Below the pieces are notes generated by a model. That model was not told where the DNA came from. It ran no database searches and saw only the letters and a program-made list of their open reading frames with translations. From assembly GCA_963731795.1 (NCBI GenBank), contig CAVSWU010000003.1, positions 838,216-902,215 of the forward strand: a DNA stretch of 64,000 nt, given 5' to 3'. The stretch is from an uncultured delta proteobacterium (GTDB lineage: Bacteria; Myxococcota; Myxococcia; Myxococcales; Myxococcaceae). The position numbers and the translations under genes were made by a program. This document shows positions 29,824-39,254 of this stretch, piece after piece (the stretch's first letter is position 1; each line of letters opens with the position of its first letter).

Positions 29824-29991
29824 CTACAGGTGCACTGCGATGAGAGCACCCGCCATCACGCCCGTCTTCAGGCGGATCTTCAGAGCGCGATGCTCCGTCA
29901 CGACCTCCTGTTTGAGCTCGGTCGCGCTGCTCTCCTTCCTGGCCTCGGTTTCGGTCGCCATCGTTTCCTCCTGGTCTGCGTTCTTCTGCAT
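29824..29991 (-). CDS. Candidate RiPP precursor peptide (55 aa; 45 aa if translation starts at the second ATG, 29961).
   Basis: MQKNADQEETMATETEARKESSATELKQEVVTEHRALKIRLKTGVMAGALIAVHL. Both ATGs have Shine-Dalgarno sequences (GGTGGAGG, AGGAGG). The N-terminus is charged and helical, leader-like. The C-terminus is hydrophobic, with Gly/Ala and one His. It is co-directional with the RRE enzymes and the exporter. Confidence 0.5.
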   Translation of the reverse strand: MQKNADQEETMATETEARKESSATELKQEVVTEHRALKIRLKTGVMAGALIAVHL

Positions 29992-30196
29992 CGTGCCTCC
30001 ACCTTGGAAGCACACCTCGATTGATCCGCGAGGATTCGAATGTGACGCCCTGGGAGCAGAGTTGCTTCTTGTATGACGGGCGGCCATGCGGGCACCGATC
30101 CCCGAAGGCTCCGCGAGCACCTGGAGCAGCATGGGTGGAAGCTTCTCGGGGAGATCTGGGTTGAGCGCGATATGAGCCCGCGATAGGAGCCGCCGG

Positions 30197-31363
30197 ATGA
30201 GACAACCCACCATTGGAATACTGGCCGGCATGGGGCCGAGGTCCACGGCCCCCTTCATCGACCTGGTGATAACAGAATGCCAACGTCAGTACGGCGCGAC
30301 AGATGACATCGACTTTCCGAAGATGATGGTCTGCTCGCTGCCGACCCCGTTCTACCCGGAGCGCCCCACCGACCATGCCGCGATGGAAGCCACCCTGCGC
30401 ACAGGGCTCCAGGACCTGGCGCGGACCGGGGCTGACTTCATCGCCATCCCCTGCAACACGGCACACATCTACTACCCGCAGCTGAAGGACAGCATCGATA
30501 TCCCGCTGTTGAACATGGTCAGGCTGGCGCTCGAGGCCATTCCCGAGTCCGCGAGGTCCATCGCGCTCATCGCGGCGCGCCCCACGGTCGAGGCTGGCAT
30601 CTACCAGGAGGGCCTCCGGGAACGCGGCTGTCAGGTAGCCGATGTGGACTGGCAGCGAGAGGTCGATCAGCTGATCGGTGCGACCAGGACCTTGAGGGAT
30701 CCTGCCCTGTTCCGCTCACGCTGGGGCGAGCTGGCACGACGGGCGAAGCTGGCCGGGGCAGACACGCTCCTCATTGCCTGCATGGACCTGAGCGCGGTCA
30801 GGCTCCACCTGGACACCGAGCTGCGGGTCCTGGATGCGGGGCAATGCCTGGCTCAGGAGATCGTTGCCCAGTGGCTGTCACGCCGCGACCGCGACGCGGA
30901 GGATCCGGCACGTCACGAACGTCATCGCGGGCCCTACAGGGTGACCTCGGATCCAAAGCAACTCGATATCGCGGCGATACACGCCTACCTCACCCGCTCC
31001 TACTGGGCCGAGGGAATCACGAGAGAGACAGTCGCGCAGTCGATCCAAGCTTCCCTGTGCTTCGGGCTCTTCGACAATGCTCGCCAGGTGGGCTTCGCGC
31101 GGGTCATCACGGATCATGCAACCTTTGCCTACCTGTGTGACGTCTACGTCCTCGAGGAGTACCGCGGGCAGGGCCTGGGGACGTGGCTGGTGAAGAGCGT
31201 CACCGAACACCCGGCGCTGACAAGGGTTCGCCGGTTCCTCCTGGCCACCCGGGATGCGCATGGGCTGTACTCGAAGTTCGGCTTCTCCCCCCTGCAGGCG
31301 GCCGGCCGGTTCATGGAGATCTTCCGGCCAGAGCTCTACAAGCCGGCACGTAGAAACCAATGA
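30197..31363 (+). CDS. Asp/Glu racemase-family domain fused to a C-terminal GNAT N-acetyltransferase domain.
   Basis: N-terminus: IGILAGMGPRSTAPFIDLV...IAIPCNTAHIYY...LLIACMDLS (the two Cys motifs of Asp/Glu racemases). C-terminus: VGFARVITDHATFAYLCDVYVLEEYRGQGLGTWLVKSV (GNAT Q/RxxGxG/A). Confidence 0.7.
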   Translation: MRQPTIGILAGMGPRSTAPFIDLVITECQRQYGATDDIDFPKMMVCSLPTPFYPERPTDHAAMEATLRTGLQDLARTGADFIAIPCNTAHIYYPQLKDSIDIPLLNMVRLALEAIPESARSIALIAARPTVEAGIYQEGLRERGCQVADVDWQREVDQLIGATRTLRDPALFRSRWGELARRAKLAGADTLLIACMDLSAVRLHLDTELRVLDAGQCLAQEIVAQWLSRRDRDAEDPARHERHRGPYRVTSDPKQLDIAAIHAYLTRSYWAEGITRETVAQSIQASLCFGLFDNARQVGFARVITDHATFAYLCDVYVLEEYRGQGLGTWLVKSVTEHPALTRVRRFLLATRDAHGLYSKFGFSPLQAAGRFMEIFRPELYKPARRNQ

Positions 31364-31407
31364 CCAAGGTCTCAGTGAATGCTCCCAGGACTCCGCGGCA
31401 GCGGGCC

Positions 31408-31803
31408 TCAGGGCTTTCGCTGGGTAGGGCCTCCCGGGGCCGCTGGAGCCTGCTGAGCTCCCCGTGCGCTCATACAGCGCTCCATCATCTGTGCCATGCG
31501 CTGTACGTCAGCGACCTTGGCAGGGTCCTTCGCGGTGAAGCGCAAGACGGCTCCCGAGGGGGTCTGCTCGACCGCCACGTCCGCCATGCCGCTCATCGGG
31601 CAGCTCATCCCCGCCTGCCCGTGCATGCCCCCCCCGTGCATCATTCCGCCCTCCCCCATCATGGGACAGGTGCAGTCCGTGCCCTGCTGACTGGCCGTGC
31701 CTTGTTGGGGCTGAGGAGCGGGAGCCTGGCTTGCGCCCTGGCTGAAGGCAGGCAGCCCGGTGATCAGTCCCGCAATGATGAACGCTCGATGGTGCGGCTT
31801 CAT
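31408..31803 (-). CDS. Secreted Met/His/Gly-rich putative metal (Cu) binding protein.
   Basis: MKPHHRAFIIAGLITGLPAFSQG (signal peptide) ...CTCPMMGEGGMMHGGGMHGQAGMSCPMSGM. The MxxM/MH clusters resemble periplasmic Cu(I) binders. Confidence 0.55.
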   Translation of the reverse strand: MKPHHRAFIIAGLITGLPAFSQGASQAPAPQPQQGTASQQGTDCTCPMMGEGGMMHGGGMHGQAGMSCPMSGMADVAVEQTPSGAVLRFTAKDPAKVADVQRMAQMMERCMSARGAQQAPAAPGGPTQRKP

Positions 31804-31964
31804 GAGTTCCTCCCTGGGTGAGCACCACTCCTCCCGGAAGGTGGCTACGGCTCCGCAAAATGGCGAGCGGACCCCAGGGCGGGCTCTCCACGTCAACGCC
31901 CTTCCCCATGGCGGCGGTTGCCAGCCCCCGCTCGGTACCCCACCTTCCTCCTGGTACGCCGACC

Positions 31965-34454
31965 ATGCGAATCCCTATTCCCGTCCGCCGCCTCCCGGCT
32001 CCGCTCGATGACGCCCATGGCCTCGACGCCGATGCGGTGCGCGAGAGGCGCGCGCGCTACGGGCCCAATGACGTGCTGGCGCGGCCTCGACGCTCGGGGC
32101 TCGCGGTGCTGCGCGAGACGGCCGGAGACCCGATGCTCTGGTTCCTCGTGGGAACGAGCGCGCTCTACCTCGTGCTGGGAGAGCGAACGGAGGGGCTGGT
32201 GCTGCTGCTGGCCATGGTCCCGCTGCTGGGCATGGATGCCTTCCTGCACCGCCGGACGCGTGCCTCCACGGAGGGCTTGCAGAGCCGCCTGGCCGCGCAC
32301 GCCACGGTGCTGCGCGATGGGCGCGAGCAGCAGGTGCCCGCGGATGAAGTGGTCGTGGGCGAGCTGGCACGGGTAGAGGCGGGCGAGTACTTCCCCGCGG
32401 ATGGAGTGGTCCTGCGCGGCGACGGCCTGCAAGCCGAGGAGTCCTCGCTCACCGGAGAGTCGCTGCCCGTGCGCAAGCGGCCGCTGCCCCGCCTGCCTCC
32501 GGGAGAAGAGCCGGCGGTGGAGGGACAGCACTGGGGGCTGGCCGGAACGCGGCTCCTGACCGGGACGGCCTGGGTGCGCATCGTCTTCACCGGGCAGGAC
32601 ACGTTCTACGGGGCCATCGTGCGCTCGGCCACGCAGGGTGGGCATGCGCGCACGCCGCTCCAGCAGGCCGTTGCCCACCTGGTTGCGGTGCTGATGGGCG
32701 TGGCCGCCATGCTGTGCGCGATGCTCGCGTTCGTGCGCTGGCACCAGGGCTTCGGGTGGATGGATGCGCTGCTGAGCGCGGCGACCCTGGGCGTGGCGGC
32801 ACTGCCCGAGGAGTTCCCGGTGGCCTTCACCTTCTTCCTGGGAGCCGGCGTCTACCGGCTGGCGCGGCGACAGGCCCTGGTGCGGCGCGCGGTATCCGTC
32901 GAAAACATCGGCCGTGTCACCTGCATCTGCTCGGACAAGACGGGCACGCTGACGGAGGGGCGCCTGCGGGTGGCCAGCGTGCTGCCCGCGCCGGGCGTCC
33001 AGGCCGACGAGCTGCTGCGGACAGCGGCGCTCGCCTCACGCGAGGAAGGAAGGGATCCGCTCGATGCCGCGCTGCTCGAAGAAGCCGCGCGCACTCTCTC
33101 CGGCGCGGCCCGCCCGAAGACCGAGGCCACCTTCCCCTTCACCGAGGAGCGCCAGCGTGAGACGGCGGTGGTGGAAGACGCGGAGGGACTCCTGCTCGCC
33201 GCCGTCAAGGGTGCGCCAGAGCGGGTGCTGGGCCTCTGCACGCTGGGGGCCGAGGACCGCGTGGCCTGGGAGCAGCGCGTGTCAGCGCTCGCGGGCGAGG
33301 GGCGCAAGGTCATCGCGTGCGCGAGCCAGCCTCTGGAGCCCGCATCCTGGCGAGGCGGTGAGCCGGAGCGAGGCTTTCACTTCCTGGGCCTGATGGCCTT
33401 CGAGGATCCGGTGCGCCCGGGGGTGCCGGAGGCGGTACGGGAGTGCCGCGAGGCCGGCCTGCGCACGGTGATGGTGACGGGCGATCACCCAGCGACGGCC
33501 TTGGCGGTGGCGCGCAGGCTGGGGCTCGGTGGGGAGCGGCCCCAAGTCCTCACCGGCGAGGAGCTGGAGGCGCGGCTGCACGAAGGGCAGGTGCCGCACG
33601 TGGACGTGGTGGCCCGCGCGGTGCCGGCGCAGAAGTACGCGCTGGTGACGGCGCTCCAGCGGCAGGGCGAGGTGGTGGCGACCACGGGGGACGGCGTGAA
33701 CGACGTGCCCGCGCTCCAGGCGGCCGACGTCGGCATCGCCATGGGGGAGCGAGGGACACGCAGCGCGCGCGAGGTGTCCTCCATCGTGCTGCTGGACGAC
33801 GACTTCGGCACGCTGGTGCGGGCCATCGCCGAGGGCCGTCAGCTCTTCCGCAACCTCCAGGGATGCTTCCTCTACCTGCTGCTCATCCACATCCCACTGG
33901 TGACAACGGCGGCGCTGCTGCCGCTGGCGGGCTATCCGCTCCTGTACCTGCCCATTCACATCGTCTGGCTGGAGTTGATCATCCACCCCACCGCGATGCT
34001 GGCCTTCCAGGCTGCGGCGCGCCCGGGGCGCCTGGAGCCGATGCGGCACCAGGGCCCCGCGCGCTTCTTCTCGGCGGCGGAGTGGGCCACCCTCATGCTG
34101 GTGGGCGCACTGGTCACGGTGGGGCTGGTGTGGAGCTACGACCAGAGCCTGGGCGCGGGGCGCGACGTGGAGCACGGGCGCGCGGTGGCGCTGGCCTCGC
34201 TCACGCTCGCGAGCGCCGTCTTCGCGGCGGTGCTCACCGGGTTGGGGACACGCACGGCCCGCTGGGTCTGCGCGATGACGTTGGGAGGCTCGGTGCTGCT
34301 CATCCAGGTGGAGCCCCTGGCGTCCTCCTTGAGGCTGCACCCCCTGCATGCGGATGACTGGGCGCGCGTCGTCGTGCGCGTGGGGGTGGCCTCTCTCCCG
34401 CTGGTGCTCTCGCGCCTGCGCTGGAGCAGGGTCGCCACGCCTCGTCCGCCGTGA
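31965..34454 (+). CDS. Cation-transporting P-type ATPase (P2/P3-like, with a Cation_ATPase_N domain).
   Basis: LDDAHGLDADAVRERRARYGPNDV...ICSDKTGTLTEG (DKTGT phosphorylation site)...VMVTGDHPATA...GDGVNDVPAL. There is no heavy-metal CPC motif. Confidence 0.85.
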   Translation: MRIPIPVRRLPAPLDDAHGLDADAVRERRARYGPNDVLARPRRSGLAVLRETAGDPMLWFLVGTSALYLVLGERTEGLVLLLAMVPLLGMDAFLHRRTRASTEGLQSRLAAHATVLRDGREQQVPADEVVVGELARVEAGEYFPADGVVLRGDGLQAEESSLTGESLPVRKRPLPRLPPGEEPAVEGQHWGLAGTRLLTGTAWVRIVFTGQDTFYGAIVRSATQGGHARTPLQQAVAHLVAVLMGVAAMLCAMLAFVRWHQGFGWMDALLSAATLGVAALPEEFPVAFTFFLGAGVYRLARRQALVRRAVSVENIGRVTCICSDKTGTLTEGRLRVASVLPAPGVQADELLRTAALASREEGRDPLDAALLEEAARTLSGAARPKTEATFPFTEERQRETAVVEDAEGLLLAAVKGAPERVLGLCTLGAEDRVAWEQRVSALAGEGRKVIACASQPLEPASWRGGEPERGFHFLGLMAFEDPVRPGVPEAVRECREAGLRTVMVTGDHPATALAVARRLGLGGERPQVLTGEELEARLHEGQVPHVDVVARAVPAQKYALVTALQRQGEVVATTGDGVNDVPALQAADVGIAMGERGTRSAREVSSIVLLDDDFGTLVRAIAEGRQLFRNLQGCFLYLLLIHIPLVTTAALLPLAGYPLLYLPIHIVWLELIIHPTAMLAFQAAARPGRLEPMRHQGPARFFSAAEWATLMLVGALVTVGLVWSYDQSLGAGRDVEHGRAVALASLTLASAVFAAVLTGLGTRTARWVCAMTLGGSVLLIQVEPLASSLRLHPLHADDWARVVVRVGVASLPLVLSRLRWSRVATPRPP

Positions 34455-34541
34455 CGAAAGGGGCGGCTCCGAAGCAGGCGGGCAAGAGTGCTCCTGGCCC
34501 ATCTCCTCTCCCTTGGGCTCGACCGTGCCCTACTCTTCTGT

Positions 34542-34964
34542 ATGTCACTCGAACGCTTCTGTCGGAAACAGGTGGCCTCCGCCCTGGCAACCGAGACGGT
34601 GCAGGCGGCAGCCGAGCGGATGACCCAGCAGCACGTCGGTGCCCTCGTCATCGTGGACGGTGAGGGACGGCCGGTCGGCATCCTGACGGACCGGGACATC
34701 GTCTGCCGCGTCCTGAACGAGCGGCGCGATCCCAGCGCCACGTCCATTCAGGAGGTGATGAGCGCCGACCCCGTGGTGGCCCACATGAACGACCGGATCG
34801 ACGAGGCGGCCTTCGCCATGAACCAGAAGGGCGTGCGGCGGCTCCCGGTCATCAACGCCAGCGGCAAGGTCATCGGCATGGTATCGCTCGATGATCTCCT
34901 CGTGCTGTTCGCCTCCGAGCTGGGCCAGACCGTGGGCGCGGTGAGGATGAACCGCGGCCCGTAG
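34542..34964 (+). CDS. CBS-domain pair protein.
   Basis: VGALVIVDGEGRPVGILTDRDIV...VRRLPVINASGKVIGMVSLDDL, two CBS motifs. Confidence 0.75.
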   Translation: MSLERFCRKQVASALATETVQAAAERMTQQHVGALVIVDGEGRPVGILTDRDIVCRVLNERRDPSATSIQEVMSADPVVAHMNDRIDEAAFAMNQKGVRRLPVINASGKVIGMVSLDDLLVLFASELGQTVGAVRMNRGP

Positions 34965-34970
34965 GGCCTG

Positions 34971-35639
34971 CTAGGCTTGGGAGGGCTGCATCCCCAGCGA
35001 GGTTTCCGCGCGCGCCAGCTCGAGCAGGCGCACCACCTCTTCATCTGGAACCTGCTGGAAGTCCTCGTACCAGGCCCCGATGGCATACATGGCGGGCGTG
35101 TCGAACACGCAGACGATGTCATCCGCGAGCTCCTGGAGCTCTTCGAGGGACTGGGACGCGGCCACGGGGACGGCGAGCACGATCTTCCTCGGCCGGGCAC
35201 TCCGCAGCGACTGGATGGCTGCCCGGACGGTGCCCCCGGTGGCAATCCCATCATCCACGAGGATGACCGTCCGCCCCTCGACTCGAGGCGGCGGCTGGCC
35301 CCTGCGGAGCCGCTGCGCGCGCTCGGCCACCTCCGCCGTCTTCCTGAGGACGATCTCCCGCACCTCCGCAGGAGAAGCGCCTACCTCCTCCACCGACTCC
35401 GCGTTGAGGTAGAGGATGCCTCCTTCCGCGACCGCGCCGAGCCCGAACTCCTGGAAGCCCGGGGCTCCCACCTTCCGGACCACCCAGATATCCATGGGGG
35501 CATTGAGGGCCTTGGCCACCTGGTAGGCGACCGGCACCCCTCCTCTTGGGAGCCCGAGCACGATAGGCGCCTCGTCCTTGTACCCGAGCAGCCGTGAGGC
35601 GAGCTGCCGGCCCGCTTCCTCTCGATTCGAGAAGTGCAT
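34971..35639 (-). CDS. Phosphoribosyltransferase (type I PRTase) family protein.
   Basis: MHFSNREEAGRQLASRLLGYKDEAPIVLGLPRGGVPVAYQVAKAL...TVILVDDGIATGGTVRAA, the PRPP-binding motif VDDxxxTGxT. Confidence 0.7.
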   Translation of the reverse strand: MHFSNREEAGRQLASRLLGYKDEAPIVLGLPRGGVPVAYQVAKALNAPMDIWVVRKVGAPGFQEFGLGAVAEGGILYLNAESVEEVGASPAEVREIVLRKTAEVAERAQRLRRGQPPPRVEGRTVILVDDGIATGGTVRAAIQSLRSARPRKIVLAVPVAASQSLEELQELADDIVCVFDTPAMYAIGAWYEDFQQVPDEEVVRLLELARAETSLGMQPSQA

Positions 35640-35770
35640 GGTCTCTCCGTGGGTTGGGGCAACCCTCCAGTACAAGAGAAGCACTTCGCGCGCCCGCGGC
35701 CACTGGGAGCCCGGTGAGTGCAGGCAGGCGCTTCCTTGTGACTCCGGCGCCCCACGCAGTCCCGGCGCCG

Positions 35771-36034
35771 TCAAAGCCCGGCGTGCTGGGTGCCGAGCCT
35801 CTCCTGGAGGTAGTCGACACACGCCTCGATCGTCGTGAGGCGCCCGTAGTCGCCCTCGGGGATGGTGAGGGAGAGGCTCTGGGCAAGCGCGATGATGAAC
35901 TGGAGCAAGTCGAACGAGTCGATGTCGAGCTGCTCCCGCAGCGGCTCGTCCTGGCGCAGGGCCGCGGGGTCCAGCTCCGGGGCCACCGTGGCCAGGGCAT
36001 CGAGCACGGCCTTCATCAATATCTCGCGGGTCAT
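35771..36034 (-). CDS. Acyl carrier protein.
   Basis: 87 aa with EQLDIDSFDLLQFIIALAQ, the phosphopantetheine Ser in a DSxD/L motif. Translationally coupled to the upstream E2 gene. Confidence 0.75.
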   Translation of the reverse strand: MTREILMKAVLDALATVAPELDPAALRQDEPLREQLDIDSFDLLQFIIALAQSLSLTIPEGDYGRLTTIEACVDYLQERLGTQHAGL

Positions 36035-37254
36035 AGCTTCTCCGGCTCCTGCAGCAGGCGCTCCACGCGCGCCAGGAAGGCGGCTCCCCGGTGGCCATCG
36101 CTCGCACGGTGATCCGCCGAGAGGCTCGCGACGACGAGGGGCCGGGGGACGCAGCGGCCCTCCACCACCCAGGGCACCTCCCGCACGGAGCCGAACCCGA
36201 CGATGGCGACCTGCGGGGGAAAGATGATGCCGAGCACGCGGTCGGCGCCTGGGTCCCCCAGGCTGGTGACGGTGAGGGTCGAGTCCGCCAGCTCCGAGCT
36301 ACGGAGAGCTCCGTGGCGCGCGCGCTGGATCAGATCGCTCAGCTCGCGCATCAACGTGCCCAGGGGCTTGTCCGGCACGTCGTGTAGCGCCGGCACCATC
36401 AGCCCTCCCTGCCGCAGCGAGACGACCACGCCCAGGTGCACCGCCTGGGATGGGTGGAAGGCGCCTTCCCGCCAGAAGCCGTTCAGCTCGGGGAACTGCC
36501 GCACGGCGAGCGCCACCGCCTTCAGGAAGAGCACGGACGGGAGCATCCGCTCAGTCATGGGCAGGCGCTCGTTCTGCTCGCGCAGCCAGGCCAGCGCCCG
36601 CCCCATGTCGATGCGGGTATCGAGGTAGTAGTGAGGAATCTCCCGCTTCGAGCGGGTCATCGCCGCCGCGATGGCCTGGCGCATCGCCGCGTGACGAGCC
36701 TCCTCGGGCGGGACGGGAGGAGCCAGTGACGGAGCAGAGGGAGCCGCGGCGTGAGCAGCGCGCTCCACATCCTCGAGGTTGATGGCGCCACCGGGGCCCG
36801 TCCCGGACACACGTGCCAGGTCCACTCCGAGCCGAGCCGCCGCCGCTCGGGCCGCGGGAGAGGCACGAGGGCGGTGCGCGCCTGGAGCTGGCATCTCCCC
36901 TCGAATCTCCGGCTGCGCGGGCGACGGCCTCCCCGCGGGTGGAGCAGGCCTGGATTCGGCGGCGGCCCGCGCGGGAGGAGGCGGAGCGGCGGGATGCGCC
37001 ACGGGAGCCGCGGCCTCACCCTCGGCGCGCACGAGCGCCATCACCGCCCCCACCGGCACCTGGCTGCCGGGCTCCACCCGCAGCGCCTGGACCGTGCCGC
37101 TCTCGAAGATCTCCACTTCGATGATGCCCTTCTGCGTCTCGACGAGCGCGACGATGTCGCCGCGCTTCACCGTGGCGCCGGGCCTCACCCGCCACTCCAC
37201 CAGCTTCCCGGCCTCCATGTCCGCGCCCAGCGAGGGCATCCGGAACTCACCCAT
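36031..37254 (-). CDS. 2-oxoacid dehydrogenase E2 component (dihydrolipoamide acyltransferase).
   Basis: Lipoyl domain ([10 protein letters not shown]), E3-binding-like region ([23 protein letters not shown]), and the catalytic domain ending ...[16 protein letters not shown] (DHRxxDG). Confidence 0.85.
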   Translation of the reverse strand: MGEFRMPSLGADMEAGKLVEWRVRPGATVKRGDIVALVETQKGIIEVEIFESGTVQALRVEPGSQVPVGAVMALVRAEGEAAAPVAHPAAPPPPARAAAESRPAPPAGRPSPAQPEIRGEMPAPGAHRPRASPAARAAAARLGVDLARVSGTGPGGAINLEDVERAAHAAAPSAPSLAPPVPPEEARHAAMRQAIAAAMTRSKREIPHYYLDTRIDMGRALAWLREQNERLPMTERMLPSVLFLKAVALAVRQFPELNGFWREGAFHPSQAVHLGVVVSLRQGGLMVPALHDVPDKPLGTLMRELSDLIQRARHGALRSSELADSTLTVTSLGDPGADRVLGIIFPPQVAIVGFGSVREVPWVVEGRCVPRPLVVASLSADHRASDGHRGAAFLARVERLLQEPEKL

Positions 37255-38257
37255 GGCGCTCCCCCAGCATGCGCCTCGCCGCGGCGGCGATGGACTCCGG
37301 CTGTGGCAGCGCCGCGTCCTCCAGGTGCTTGGGATAGGGGATGGGCACCTCCGCCGTGCACACGCGCTGGACCGGCGCGTCCAGCTCGTAGAAGGCGTGC
37401 TCCATGATGCGGGCGCTGATCTCGGCGGACAGGCTCCCGCTGCGCCAGCCCTCGTCCACGATGACCGCTCGCCGCGTGCGCGTCACCGAGCCCAGGATCG
37501 TCTCGTCATCGAGTGGCCGCAGCGTCCGCAGGTCCACCACCTCCGCTTCAATCCCCTCGCGCGCCAGCAACTCCGCCGCCGCCAGCGTCTTGTGCAGGCT
37601 GCCGCCATAGGTGATGAGGGACACGTCCCGCCCTGGCCGGCGGATGGCCGCGTGGGAGATCTCCACCGCGCCCGCCCCCTCGGGCAGCTCGCCCTCCATC
37701 GCGTAGAGCAAGGCGTGCTCGAAGATGAGCACGGGGTCCGGCTCCTGGAGCGCGCTCCACAGCATGCCGCGCGCATCCTCCACCGTGGCTGGAGCCAGGA
37801 TCTTGATGCCGGGGATGTGGGCGAACCAGCCCTCGAAGCTGTGCGAGTGCTGCGCGGCCACCTGCCTCCCAGCGCCCGTGGCCAACCGGATGACCACCGG
37901 GACGCTGAGCTGACCACCGGACATGTGCCGCAGCGTGGCGGCGTTGTTGACGATCTGATCCAGCGCGAGCAGCCCGAAGTTCACGGTCATGATCTCCACG
38001 ATGGGCCTCATGCCCCCCATGGCCGCGCCGATCCCCGCTCCCACGAAGGCGGACTCGGACAAGGGAGTGTCCCGGACCCGCTCGGGGCCGAACTCGGCCA
38101 GGCAGCCCTTGCTCACGGCGTAGCAGCCGCCGTAGGCGCCCACGTCCTCGCCCATGAGGAACACGCGCGGATCACGCTGGAGCGCCTCACGCACGGCGCT
38201 CCGGACCGCCTCGCGGTACGTCATCCGCACCAGGGCCTTGCGCTCATCGGGAGGCAT
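37247..38257 (-). CDS. 2-oxoacid (pyruvate/acetoin) dehydrogenase E1 component, beta subunit.
   Basis: [57 protein letters not shown], the transketolase-like pyrimidine-binding domain. Confidence 0.85.
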   Translation of the reverse strand: MPPDERKALVRMTYREAVRSAVREALQRDPRVFLMGEDVGAYGGCYAVSKGCLAEFGPERVRDTPLSESAFVGAGIGAAMGGMRPIVEIMTVNFGLLALDQIVNNAATLRHMSGGQLSVPVVIRLATGAGRQVAAQHSHSFEGWFAHIPGIKILAPATVEDARGMLWSALQEPDPVLIFEHALLYAMEGELPEGAGAVEISHAAIRRPGRDVSLITYGGSLHKTLAAAELLAREGIEAEVVDLRTLRPLDDETILGSVTRTRRAVIVDEGWRSGSLSAEISARIMEHAFYELDAPVQRVCTAEVPIPYPKHLEDAALPQPESIAAAARRMLGERHG

Positions 38258-39254
38258 CGCGCGCCTCCCGAGGCGTGTAGACATCACGGGTCAGATCCTC
38301 CACCGGCTCGAGGGTGCCAGCCTCGGCGAAGTCCAGTGCCTCGGAGACCTCGGCCTCCACCTCCCGCTCCAGGCGCTCCAGGTCTCCCGGGGAGAGCAGC
38401 CCCGCCTCACGCATCCACTTGATGAAGAGGATGATGGGATCGCGCAGCCTCCACTGCTCCACCTCGCGCTTGTCGCGGTAGAGCTCCGGATCGTACATGG
38501 AGTGGGCCCGGAAGCGGTAGGTGCGCAGTTCGAGGAAGGCGGGCCCCGCGCCGGACCTCACCGCCGCCGCGGCGCGCTGGACCGCGCCTGCCACCGCCAG
38601 CGCATCCATCCCATCCACCGACTCGGCCGGCAGCCCGTAGCTGGAGGCCCGCGCCGCCAGCTCCACCCGCCCCTCATGCCGCTGGAGCGCAGTGCCCATG
38701 GCGTAGAGGTTGTTCTCGCAGAGGAAGAGGACCGGCAGCTTCCAGAGCGTGGCGAGGTTGAGCGACTCGTGGAACTCCCCCTCGGCCACGGCGCCGTCTC
38801 CGAAGATGGCGGCGGTCACCCGGGGCCGCCGCATCATCTGATCCGCGAGCGCCAGCCCCAGGGCGAGCGGCAGCCCCCCGGCCACGATGGCGTTGCCCCC
38901 GAAGAAGCGCCGGGACACGTCGAACAGGTGCATGGAGCCCCCGCGCCCCCGGCTGCACCCCTCCGCCTTCGCGAACATCTCCGCCATGATGGCCCGGGCG
39001 GGCACGCCGCGCGCCAGGGCATGCCCGTGCTCGCGGTAGTGCGAGACGATGGCGTCGTCCGGCTGGAGCGCGCGCAGGGCTCCCACCGCGCAGGCCTCCT
39101 CGCCGATATAGAGGTGCAGGAAGCCGCGGATCTTCCCCGCGCTATAGGCCTGGGCGCTCGCCTCCTCGAAGCGACGGATGAGCTGCATCTGCCGCAGCCA
39201 GGAGAGCGCCTCATCCCGGGTGAGCGGGAGCCGCGGAGCCGGCGCCTCGCTCAT
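38244..39254 (-). CDS. 2-oxoacid (pyruvate/acetoin) dehydrogenase E1 component, alpha subunit (TPP-binding).
   Basis: [31 protein letters not shown]...[31 protein letters not shown], the TPP GDG...NN motif. The start overlaps the acyl-CoA ligase stop. Confidence 0.85.
   Translation of the reverse strand: MSEAPAPRLPLTRDEALSWLRQMQLIRRFEEASAQAYSAGKIRGFLHLYIGEEACAVGALRALQPDDAIVSHYREHGHALARGVPARAIMAEMFAKAEGCSRGRGGSMHLFDVSRRFFGGNAIVAGGLPLALGLALADQMMRRPRVTAAIFGDGAVAEGEFHESLNLATLWKLPVLFLCENNLYAMGTALQRHEGRVELAARASSYGLPAESVDGMDALAVAGAVQRAAAAVRSGAGPAFLELRTYRFRAHSMYDPELYRDKREVEQWRLRDPIILFIKWMREAGLLSPGDLERLEREVEAEVSEALDFAEAGTLEPVEDLTRDVYTPREARDASR

Noticed and set aside
29840-30076. A 78-aa plus-strand ORF opposite the precursor peptide.
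   Set aside because: It has no SD and is the antisense shadow of an ORF with two SDs. It was considered as an alternative precursor but is unsupported.
35251-36000. Overlapping ORFs across the PRTase and ACP region on both strands.
   Set aside because: They are Arg/Gly/Pro-rich artefacts. The ACP and PRTase frames have clear motifs.
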